From Acidobacteriota bacterium (lineage in GTDB: Bacteria > Acidobacteriota > Vicinamibacteria > Vicinamibacterales > JAKQTR01), in contig JAPKZO010000040.1 in NCBI GenBank assembly GCA_026393755.1, positions 39,311-103,310 of the forward strand: a DNA stretch of 64,000 bases. The letters are read 5' to 3'. This document shows, piece by piece, positions 17,279 to 23,852 of the stretch (the first letter of the stretch is position 1; each line of letters begins with the position of its first letter). A program made the translations under genes and the position numbers. The notes under the pieces are model-generated. The model ran no database searches and had not been told where the DNA came from. It worked only from the letters and a program-made list of their open reading frames with translations.

Positions 17279-17587
17279 CTACGGCACCGACTCGACCGGC
17301 GCCGTTGTGCCAGGCGCGGACGTGGTGGCAAGGAACAACGGTTCGACCGAACGCAATTCGCTTCTCGTGATGTGGGCGTCGTCATCCCACAACGCCCCGC
17401 CGCGCCACGCCGGCTGGTAGGCCGCCAGCGTCGCGATGAGCAGCACCGCCAGGAGCAGCCATGCGCGCCAGCGGCGCGTCTTACGCTCGCCGGTCGCGCG
17501 ATGCGGTGTCGCGCGATCCTGTGTGTCGCGCCGAACGCGCGTGTTCGCCGTGCGGTTGAGAGGTGCCGAGCGTCTGCGGGCAACCAT
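17279..17587 (-). pseudogene. N-terminal fragment of a TMTC-like/TPR GT-C glycosyltransferase (truncated remnant)
   Basis: From Met at 17587: a basic leader, a TM helix (WLLLAVLLIATLAAY), then QPAWRGGALWDDDAHITRSE. This is the same N-terminal architecture as the full-length gene at 28816 (VYAPVRHFDFVLLDDPAYVTENP). The frame stops after 102 codons and the peptidase gene follows. Confidence 0.35.
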
Positions 17588-17841
17588 GAGGCGCGAGTCT
17601 ACCTGTTCTCGGTGGCCGAGTCGACGGCCGCGGAACACATCAAGGGCCGACTCTCCAATATTTCGTGCCGGGTTTTCTGACGCTCTCCAGAACTTGGTGT
17701 GACACCGTTGGCCGCTGGCACAGCCGCGAACACTCGCGGGGTCGGCTGCGCACACAAACGGCGTCGGGACACTGGACGGGCCATCATCGTAACCATCATG
17801 TTATCAGTTGGTTAGCCGAACGTGGCCCAAGCGATCTGCTA

Positions 17842-17857
17842 TGGCCTCTCACTTGCA
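17842..17857 (+). promoter_or_regulatory. sigma-54-type promoter candidate for the PAS hybrid kinase
   Basis: TGGCCT-CTCAC-TTGCA has exact -24/-12 spacing. It lies 34 nt (GTG 17891) or 67 nt (ATG 17924) upstream of the possible starts. Confidence 0.4.
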
Positions 17858-17890
17858 ATCAGACTGTGAGTAGCGTCGGGATCCATCAAC

Positions 17891-19492
17891 GTGATCTCAG
17901 TACCATCCGGAGTCCAGATTCTCATGCCCCTTCCAGATGTGCGCCGCCAGTCCCCGCCCGATGACACCGATCGGGACGAGGCCACGCGAGCATTGCGCGA
18001 TTCAGTTGAGCAATTCAAGTCGCTGGTCCAGCATGCGGCGTTCGGAATCTTCCGCACGACCCAGGACGGACGCATCCTCGACGCCAATCCGGCCCTGGTC
18101 CGCATGCTCGGGTACGAGTCAGTCGACGAGGTGATTCGGCTGAACATCGCGACCGATGTGTGGATGGATCCGCCGGAGCGCGCCGGGTTGCTCCCGGATA
18201 CGTCCGGCGGGATCAGAGAAGTCGAAGTGCAGTGGAAGCGGAAGGATGGCTCGCCGATTACCGTCCGGCTGCGCGGCCGCGCCGTCGGCGGCGATCCGAT
18301 GGTGTACGAGGCGTTTGCAGAGGACGTGACGCAGCATCGGCTTCTCGAAGAGCAGTTTCGGCAGATGCAGAAGATGGAAGCGCTCGGCCGGCTGGCGGGC
18401 GGCATTGCGCACGACTTCAACAACCTGCTCAGCTCGATCCTTGGCTATGCCGAGTTGCTGAGCGAGCAGATTGCGGCTGGCGACCCGCGGCTCGATGATG
18501 TGAAGGAAATCCGGAAGGCGGGAGAGCGGGCCGCGGCGTTGACGCGCCAGTTGCTGGCCTGCAGCCGCAGGCAGGTGCTGCGTTCTCGCCAGATCGACCT
18601 GAATCACGTGTTGGCCGGCCTCGACGGCCTGTTGCGCAGCGCCGTCGGACGCGACATCGACGTGCAGTTTCACCTGGCGAACGGGCTTCCGGACATCACC
18701 GCCGATCCATCCCAGATCGAACAGATGGTGACCAACCTGGTCGTCAACGCCCGCGACGCGATGCCGAACGGCGGGAAGCTCGTCATCGAAACGGCAACGG
18801 GCACGCTGGACGCCTCGTGGGCCAGCCATGGGGACACGGTCGTACCCGGACAGTACGTGATGCTGGTGGTCAGCGATACGGGCAGAGGGATGGATGCCGA
18901 CACCAAAACCAAACTGTTCGAGCCGTTCTTCACGACCAAGGATCGGGGACAAGGCGCGGGGCTTGGGCTCGCGACGGTCTACGGCATCGTGAGGCAGAGC
19001 GGTGGACATATCTGGGTCTATACCCAGCAAGGCGTGGGCACGACGTTCAAGATCTTCCTGCCGACGGCCGCGTCGCCCGAACTTCCCGCGCCCCCGGCTC
19101 CGGTGGCTGGGGCTCAGGACGGGAGTGAGACCGTGCTGCTGGTAGACGACGACGAACCCGTGCGCGAGTTGGCTGGCCGGGTGCTCCGCCGGTATGGTTA
19201 CCAGGTGCTCACAGCCGGAAACGCCGCGGAAGCTGAGAAGGTATTCGATCGGCACGCGAATCAGATTCAACTGCTTCTGACCGACATCATCATGCCGCGG
19301 ACGAGCGGGCTCGAGCTGGCGAGTCGTCTCAAGGCGATCAAGCCCGGTCTGCAAGTGGTGTACATGTCGGGCTTCACCGAGGACGCGTTTGCGAATCGGG
19401 ATCCGTTCGATCCCAAGGTGACGCTCATCAACAAGCCGTTCACACCGGACCTGCTGGCGACCCGGGTGCGTCAGGCGCTTGATCGGGTGTGA
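17891..19492 (+). CDS. hybrid sensor histidine kinase/response regulator with PAS domain
   Basis: PAS-like segment (FKSLVQHAAFGIFRTTQDGRILDAN). H-box IAHDFNNLL. HATPase boxes (NLVVNARDAM, DTGRGM, GAGLGLA). C-terminal REC (VLLVDDDEP, LLLTDIIMP). The start may be GTG 17891 or ATG 17924. Confidence 0.9.
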   Translation: MISVPSGVQILMPLPDVRRQSPPDDTDRDEATRALRDSVEQFKSLVQHAAFGIFRTTQDGRILDANPALVRMLGYESVDEVIRLNIATDVWMDPPERAGLLPDTSGGIREVEVQWKRKDGSPITVRLRGRAVGGDPMVYEAFAEDVTQHRLLEEQFRQMQKMEALGRLAGGIAHDFNNLLSSILGYAELLSEQIAAGDPRLDDVKEIRKAGERAAALTRQLLACSRRQVLRSRQIDLNHVLAGLDGLLRSAVGRDIDVQFHLANGLPDITADPSQIEQMVTNLVVNARDAMPNGGKLVIETATGTLDASWASHGDTVVPGQYVMLVVSDTGRGMDADTKTKLFEPFFTTKDRGQGAGLGLATVYGIVRQSGGHIWVYTQQGVGTTFKIFLPTAASPELPAPPAPVAGAQDGSETVLLVDDDEPVRELAGRVLRRYGYQVLTAGNAAEAEKVFDRHANQIQLLLTDIIMPRTSGLELASRLKAIKPGLQVVYMSGFTEDAFANRDPFDPKVTLINKPFTPDLLATRVRQALDRV

Positions 19493-19565
19493 CGTCTCGC
19501 GCGACGTTCTGTCATTTCTCTGATCTGCTGCTCGCGGGTAGTGGCCCAGTTTGTACTCGGTAGAA

Positions 19566-19593
19566 TTGACCTGAATCAGGTTGGGCGTATACT
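19566..19593 (+). promoter_or_regulatory. sigma-70-type promoter candidate
   Basis: TTGACC-N16-TATACT lies 35 nt upstream of ATG 19628, with GGGGGT just before the start. Confidence 0.45.
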
Positions 19594-19627
19594 TGCACCA
19601 GACCCCTGATGGTTCCTGGGGGTAGAA

Positions 19628-19873
19628 ATGCCAGATGTGGATAAGGAATTAGCCGCCTACTCCAGGCTACAGCCCGGCCTCGAGGCCGATCACATGGGTA
19701 AGTGGGTACTGATTCATGACGAGACGCTGATCGGCTTATTCGATTCGTTCGAGGCGGCGGCTGATGACGGGGTCGGACGCTTTGGGCGAGGCCCGTACTT
19801 GATCCGCCAGGTAGGGGCGCCGCCGATTACGCTTCCGGCGTCCGTTGTATTCTTTCCTCTCGTGCATGCCTGA
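19628..19873 (+). CDS. small DUF5678-like protein
   Basis: 81 aa. The HMGKWVLIHDETLIGLFDSFEAA core resembles DUF5678-type small proteins (from memory). Hydrophobic C-terminal tail ITLPASVVFFPLVHA. The 3' end overlaps the next gene by 8 nt. Confidence 0.75.
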   Translation: MPDVDKELAAYSRLQPGLEADHMGKWVLIHDETLIGLFDSFEAAADDGVGRFGRGPYLIRQVGAPPITLPASVVFFPLVHA

Positions 19874-20327
19874 CGTTCAATGCGGTTTCCCAGACGTTGA
19901 GGGCGGCGCTTCCGGTACAGACCTGCTTGTCGCCTACGGACCCACCATAGCGGTTGATATTGGGTTTGATTCGAACTATCGACCGCAGCAAGGCGGAGTG
20001 CCAGTTGCCGGAATCAGCGGGATTCTGGCACTTGTGGACACCGGGGCCACCGAGAGTTGTATCGACAGTCTCTTGGCGGCGCAGCTGAACCTGCCGATCG
20101 TCGATAGGCGAGTCACGTCTGGCGCGCACGGCAGCCGCGAGGTCAATGTTCACCTTGCGCAAATCCACGTTCCAGCGATCCCGTTCACGATCTGGGGCCA
20201 ATTCGCCGCCGTCGATTTGGCGGCTGGTGGCCAACCGCACAAGACGCTTCTCGGGCGGACATTCCTCCGATCGTTCGTGATGCTCTACGTTGGTACCAGT
20301 GGAACCGTGACCATCCGTCGCCCCTAG
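19866..20327 (+). CDS. retropepsin-like (clan AA) aspartic protease
   Basis: Start set at ATG 19866 (MPDVQCG). Catalytic ALVDTGATESCI (D-T-G-A) and the downstream LLGRTFL motif are typical of retropepsin-like proteases. 153 aa implies a homodimeric single-lobe enzyme. Confidence 0.8.
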   Translation: MPDVQCGFPDVEGGASGTDLLVAYGPTIAVDIGFDSNYRPQQGGVPVAGISGILALVDTGATESCIDSLLAAQLNLPIVDRRVTSGAHGSREVNVHLAQIHVPAIPFTIWGQFAAVDLAAGGQPHKTLLGRTFLRSFVMLYVGTSGTVTIRRP

Positions 20328-20345
20328 TCGACGGGGCTGTTTTTC
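20320..20345 (+). terminator. intrinsic terminator candidate
   Basis: GCCCC-tagtcgac-GGGGC followed by TGTTTTTC. The stem includes the last codons and stop of the protease gene. Confidence 0.45.
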
Positions 20346-20376
20346 AAACTGACCCACTATCTGCTCGCGGATGTTC

Positions 20377-20406
20377 TTGTCGACGGGCGCGTGCGTTCGG
20401 TATAAT
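20377..20406 (+). promoter_or_regulatory. sigma-70-type promoter candidate for tRNA-Lys
   Basis: TTGTCG-N18-TATAAT (perfect -10). The -10 ends 66 nt upstream of the tRNA 5' end. Confidence 0.4.
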
Positions 20407-20472
20407 GAAGAATCCCGGTGGTCGAGACGGGGCCGCCGACACGACCTGCAGTCGGCGAGTGCGCATCAGAGT

Positions 20473-20548
20473 GGGCCGCTAGCTCAATTGGTAGAGCAGC
20501 AGACTCTTAATCTGCGGGTTCACGGTTCGATTCCGTGGCGGCTCACCA
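20473..20548 (+). tRNA. tRNA-Lys (anticodon CUU), CCA encoded
   Basis: The cloverleaf folds by hand. Acceptor GGGCCGC/GCGGCTC, D-stem GCTC/GAGC, anticodon stem GCAGA/TCTGC with loop CT-CTT-AA, T-arm CACGG-TTCGATT-CCGTG, discriminator A, CCA at 20546-20548. Confidence 0.95.
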
Positions 20549-20554
20549 GCCTTC

Positions 20555-20724
20555 GCTCTCCCTCCATCACACGGTCGAGCTTCGGCTGGCTACGCCAGCG
20601 GTGACACGCGAAGGCTGCGCGCCGAAGCAGCGGGAGGAGAGGTTCGGACCGCACCGTTGCGAAGGCGGGCCGCTTGCTCTCCCTCCATCACACGGTCGAG
20701 CTTCGGCTGGCTACGCCAGCGGTG
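20555..20724. repeat. 49-bp perfect direct repeat (2 copies, 121-bp period)
   Basis: GCTCTCCCTCCATCACACGGTCGAGCTTCGGCTGGCTACGCCAGCGGTG occurs at 20555-20603 and 20676-20724. Each copy contains the hairpin GCTGGC-TAC-GCCAGC. Copy 1 starts 7 nt after the tRNA. Copy 2 ends 11 nt before the stop of the DUF2442 gene. Confidence 0.95.
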
Positions 20725-20734
20725 GGGCGCTCGG

Positions 20735-20992
20735 TCAGGCGGCCGACTCTGGCACACCTTCCTCAACAACCTGCCATCGTGCTTCAATCGTGTCGGCCGA
20801 CAGATCGGGACCACAATCCCATTCAACGAAGTACCCGCCGTTGAAAACCTTGACGAATTCGCCAGGGTCACGAAGGCCTTCGAATGCCTCATCTCCCAGA
20901 TAGGGACGCACATCAAAGATGCCCACGCGACCGTCGTCCGCAATGACGGACAACGTCCAACCAGACTGTGGACGAAGTTCTTTGATTCTCAT
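20735..20992 (-). CDS. DUF2442 domain protein
   Basis: 85 aa. Sequence (LSVIADDGRVGIFDVRPYL, FVEWDCGPDLSADTI) matches my memory of DUF2442. ATGA overlap with the upstream DUF4160 gene. Confidence 0.8.
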   Translation of the reverse strand: MRIKELRPQSGWTLSVIADDGRVGIFDVRPYLGDEAFEGLRDPGEFVKVFNGGYFVEWDCGPDLSADTIEARWQVVEEGVPESAA

Positions 20993-21261
20993 TGATCGAG
21001 CCCCTTGATTGGAAATGGTGTCTTGCCGTTCGCCGCCAAGTTCCAGTCGGCCAGCAGATCCTCTCGGTGAATCTCAATCCAAGCGACAATCAACTTGTGC
21101 TTGTGGGGTGGCAGTTCGCCGGCCAGAGTCGTTCCATCGAGAATCGAGTACACCGCGATGTCGCCTTGGTAATCAGCGTGTATATGGGGCACGTGATGTT
21201 TCTCACTGTCGCGAAAGAACATTCGAATGAGAATCCCGTAGAACATGGAAATCGTCGGCAT
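20989..21261 (-). CDS. DUF4160 domain protein
   Basis: 90 aa. N-terminus MPTISMFYGILIRMFFRDSEKHHVPHIHADYQG is the characteristic DUF4160 signature. AAGAGG RBS upstream. Confidence 0.85.
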   Translation of the reverse strand: MPTISMFYGILIRMFFRDSEKHHVPHIHADYQGDIAVYSILDGTTLAGELPPHKHKLIVAWIEIHREDLLADWNLAANGKTPFPIKGLDQ

Positions 21262-21298
21262 GTCTCGCCTCTTACGCCATCGGCCGAGTGCGAACTCG

Positions 21299-21327
21299 AT
21301 TCTACGTCACCCAACGACGTGCACCAA
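21299..21327 (-). promoter_or_regulatory. sigma-70-type promoter candidate for the DUF4160/DUF2442 pair
   Basis: The minus strand reads TTGGTG-N17-TAGAAT, 37 nt upstream of ATG 21261. Confidence 0.35.
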
Positions 21328-21517
21328 GGGGATGGGCTTGGTCCGCCTTGGACGACATCTGACGAAAGCCGGATAGGCATTCACATGGACTCGAGTGATG
21401 AGCCCAGGTCGCGGTTGCGCCCGGGTTGCGTCGCCCTGCGTCGCGTTGCCGCATTCTGCAAACCGCGGGCGCGGAATCCTTAGAAACTGGCGCTATTTCG
21501 ATCCTCTGGAGCGGCTT

Positions 21518-21931
21518 TTAATCGTCGAACAACTCCGGCCGCGCGGACCGCAGGGCTGCCCGGACGGAACGGCCCGCAGTCACCGCTGCCCGGCACTCGT
21601 CCTCGAGGTACGAGGGGCCCCCGGGATACCGCGCGATCGTGCCGCCATCGGTCAGTTGCTGACGAAGGCGTGGCGTCAGGATATTCGCCAGGGCCTCGCG
21701 GATGTCGCTCTCCTGGGTCTCCAGGAGACGATCGAAGTTGTGCGTGTACACGAACGCCTGGTTCGCCGACGTCAAGACCGCTTTCAGAAGGCGCTCGGTC
21801 GCACCAGCGGACAACGCGACGGCCTCGTTCCACATCCGGCGCTCGAACGCCGTCTCCGCCAGCTCCAGCTGCCGGTCGGCAGCTGCCACCCACTCCCTCG
21901 CGAGCGTGCGAGCGCGATCGTCAGGCGGCAT
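21518..21931 (-). CDS. HEPN domain protein (putative toxin partner of the MNT gene)
   Basis: 137 aa. LLKAVL, THNFDRLLE and IARYPGG segments fit HEPN (PF05168-type) from memory. Its 5' end overlaps the upstream nucleotidyltransferase gene by 11 nt. Confidence 0.75.
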   Translation of the reverse strand: MPPDDRARTLAREWVAAADRQLELAETAFERRMWNEAVALSAGATERLLKAVLTSANQAFVYTHNFDRLLETQESDIREALANILTPRLRQQLTDGGTIARYPGGPSYLEDECRAAVTAGRSVRAALRSARPELFDD

Positions 21932-22481
21932 ACAACTCGATGCCTTCGCGGCTGGCGGGATGCTCGATCGCCCCCACGCAGTCGCGGCGCCACTCGTACT
22001 CGGAGTGCGTCGTGATCAGAAGGTCGTAGTCGATCGGCACCGATCCGATCGCGACACGCATGTCAATGACCGCGGCTCGGGTGGCGGGTTGCCCGTCGGG
22101 CAGCACGACGAGGATGTCGAGGTCACTGTCCGGACCAGCATCGCCGCGCGCATGTGACCCGAAGAGGACAATCCGTTCCGGATCCCACCGGCGCAGTTCC
22201 GTCACGATACGCTTCAGCGTGGCCGCATCAGCACCGGCCAAGCCCGCCTTGCGCCGGACCTCCTCGTAGGGCACGCGGCCGCGGTCGCGGCGCCCCTTCC
22301 GGGCAGCCTGCGCGTCATCCTGATCTTCGAGGGCTTCCAGACGAGCGAGGTCGGCAACCGAGACGAGCGCCGCGACGGCCTTGCCGTGGCGTTCGAGCAC
22401 GATCCGCTCGCCGCCATAGGCAACGCGGTTGAGGGTGTCACCGAACGTGTCGCGCACGGCCGTGGCAGCCAATCTAGCCAT
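21921..22481 (-). CDS. Phd/YefM-like antitoxin domain fused to a minimal nucleotidyltransferase (MNT) domain
   Basis: The N-terminal ~55 aa (AVRDTFGDTLNRVAYGGERIVLERHGKAVAALVSVADLARLEALED) look like Phd/YefM. A basic linker follows. The C-terminal part carries LFGSHARGDAGPDSDLDILVV, the GS-x9-12-D-x-D nucleotidyltransferase signature. Confidence 0.8.
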   Translation of the reverse strand: MARLAATAVRDTFGDTLNRVAYGGERIVLERHGKAVAALVSVADLARLEALEDQDDAQAARKGRRDRGRVPYEEVRRKAGLAGADAATLKRIVTELRRWDPERIVLFGSHARGDAGPDSDLDILVVLPDGQPATRAAVIDMRVAIGSVPIDYDLLITTHSEYEWRRDCVGAIEHPASREGIELYAA

Positions 22482-22483
22482 AG

Positions 22484-22516
22484 GTGTATATTACACGTTT
22501 CGTACGTTTTGGGCAA
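22484..22516 (-). promoter_or_regulatory. promoter candidate giving a leaderless transcript, with a palindromic operator
   Basis: The minus strand reads TTGCCC-N17-TAATAT-acacct-ATG, so the -10 ends 6 nt before the start codon. Palindrome GTGTA-TAT-TACAC (22484-22496) overlaps the -10. Confidence 0.4.
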
Positions 22517-22654
22517 TTATGTCGCTGGGCTGAGACGAACAGTTCCGATCGGCCGGATAATGGCGAGACCCGGCGTGACCATCACGGTCACGAAACCGTC
22601 GCCACGATCCCCGAAACTGCGTCAAAACGGGCCGCGAGTGGGGTATTGGCTCTC

Positions 22655-23635
22655 CTACCGGCCGGCCGACCATCCGACGAACGCGCCGGCGTCAAACCAG
22701 TCGCGCGTGAACCGGTTGTTTGAGCCGTACGGCCACGTGTGCACGTAGTTGGCCGCGACACCCATCGCCACGGCTCCGCGCGTGACGGTGAGTCGCAGTG
22801 AGGGCACAACGCTCAGGCCCTTTGCGATGAATACGATGTCCTGGCCCGGGTACTTGTCCGGCAGGCTCGTGGTCAGGCGAGCGAGCGTGAGGGGCGAGAC
22901 GTCGATACCAGCAGCCAGGCGCCAACGGCTGGCACCGGCCAAGGTCCGCGCGAGGCCGAACTGCGCCTCCTGGACAGCCGAGATTGTAATTTCCCGATCT
23001 GTGTTGAAGAACCGGCTCTCGGACGGAGGTGTTGAGTGGCGCGTGATGGAATCGCTCGGCCTGAACGCTGACCGGTCCCGCCGGTACACATATCCGACCC
23101 GGCCGGTGAAACCGTGAATCGCCCCCAGGTCCATGTGCTGACCGACGCGAAATCCGCTCACGGAGGTGACGGCGGTCGTGCCATACACGACGGTGTCGCC
23201 ATCGGGCTGAAAGAACGTGTCGTAGTCGTCGCCGACGCCGGTGCCCCGGGGCGCGAATCCCGCGTCAGTTTCCAGCCATCGGCCGAACACATAGTAGCGT
23301 GCCCGCGCGACGATCCAGTGATTACCGGCGTCATACTTCTGCTCGAAGAAGTGCGGCACCAGAGCGGGTGTACTAAAGCTCGAGGGGTGTTCGAAGCGGT
23401 ACCGATGCGTGTCGTCGCGAAACTCCCATCCGAACGTCACGGTCGCGATGTCGGGCGCCACCGACGACGGCGCCGGGGTGGCGGAACTGGCCGGCTGGGC
23501 AGCCGGACGCTGCCCGGCGACGGGCGTGGCGCCGATGGCCATCAACACGGCGCACAAGACAAATAACCGAATGCCGATTGGTTCCCGATTCCAGTCGCAT
23601 CGCGTCCGTCGCTCATCAAACGACGGTTTCACCAC
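22655..23635 (-). CDS. putative outer-membrane beta-barrel protein
   Basis: 326 aa. Signal peptide (LFVLCAVLMAIGATPVAGQ), an Ala/Pro/Ser linker, then aromatic/Gly-rich beta-strand pattern. It is the last gene of the minus-strand glycosyltransferase operon, with a 7-nt overlap with the small upstream ORF. Confidence 0.7.
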   Translation of the reverse strand: MVKPSFDERRTRCDWNREPIGIRLFVLCAVLMAIGATPVAGQRPAAQPASSATPAPSSVAPDIATVTFGWEFRDDTHRYRFEHPSSFSTPALVPHFFEQKYDAGNHWIVARARYYVFGRWLETDAGFAPRGTGVGDDYDTFFQPDGDTVVYGTTAVTSVSGFRVGQHMDLGAIHGFTGRVGYVYRRDRSAFRPSDSITRHSTPPSESRFFNTDREITISAVQEAQFGLARTLAGASRWRLAAGIDVSPLTLARLTTSLPDKYPGQDIVFIAKGLSVVPSLRLTVTRGAVAMGVAANYVHTWPYGSNNRFTRDWFDAGAFVGWSAGR

Positions 23636-23844
23636 CCGCCTCCCGGAAACGGACAGGCGGCCATCAACAGCGCGGCCGCTGCAACACCCACGATCACGAG
23701 CACCAGGCCGGCCTTCTCTCGGTAGGGGTCAAACGGAGGTTCCCCCCATTCCGATCCCCAGCGGCTTCGTAGCTTGGAACCGATCCGGCGTTCAAATTCG
23801 CGACCGACGAAGAACACGACGACTGCCAGAATGACGTATCGCAT
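23629..23844 (-). CDS. small two-TM membrane protein (71 aa)
   Basis: ATG 23844 lies 8 nt after the GT39 stop. Product MRYVILAVVVFFVG...AGLVLVIVGVAAAALLMAA has two hydrophobic helices. The rest of ORF 23629-24066 overlaps the GT39 gene and was rejected. Confidence 0.4.
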   Translation of the reverse strand: MRYVILAVVVFFVGREFERRIGSKLRSRWGSEWGEPPFDPYREKAGLVLVIVGVAAAALLMAACPFPGGGW

Positions 23845-23852
23845 CTCTCGGC

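Noticed and set aside
17279-17755. Full 158-aa ORF as a gene
   Set aside because: The N-terminal 56 codons are Arg/Ser-rich with no features. Only the part from Met 17587 resembles a TMTC-like N-terminus, and even that is called only as a low-confidence remnant.
20473-22654. Integrated mobile element with att sites at tRNA-Lys
   Set aside because: There is no integrase or recombinase gene. There is no second copy of the tRNA 3' end. The 49-bp repeats are adjacent to each other rather than flanking the islet. A weak resemblance (CCATCACGGTC at ~22578) to the repeat is too short to count.
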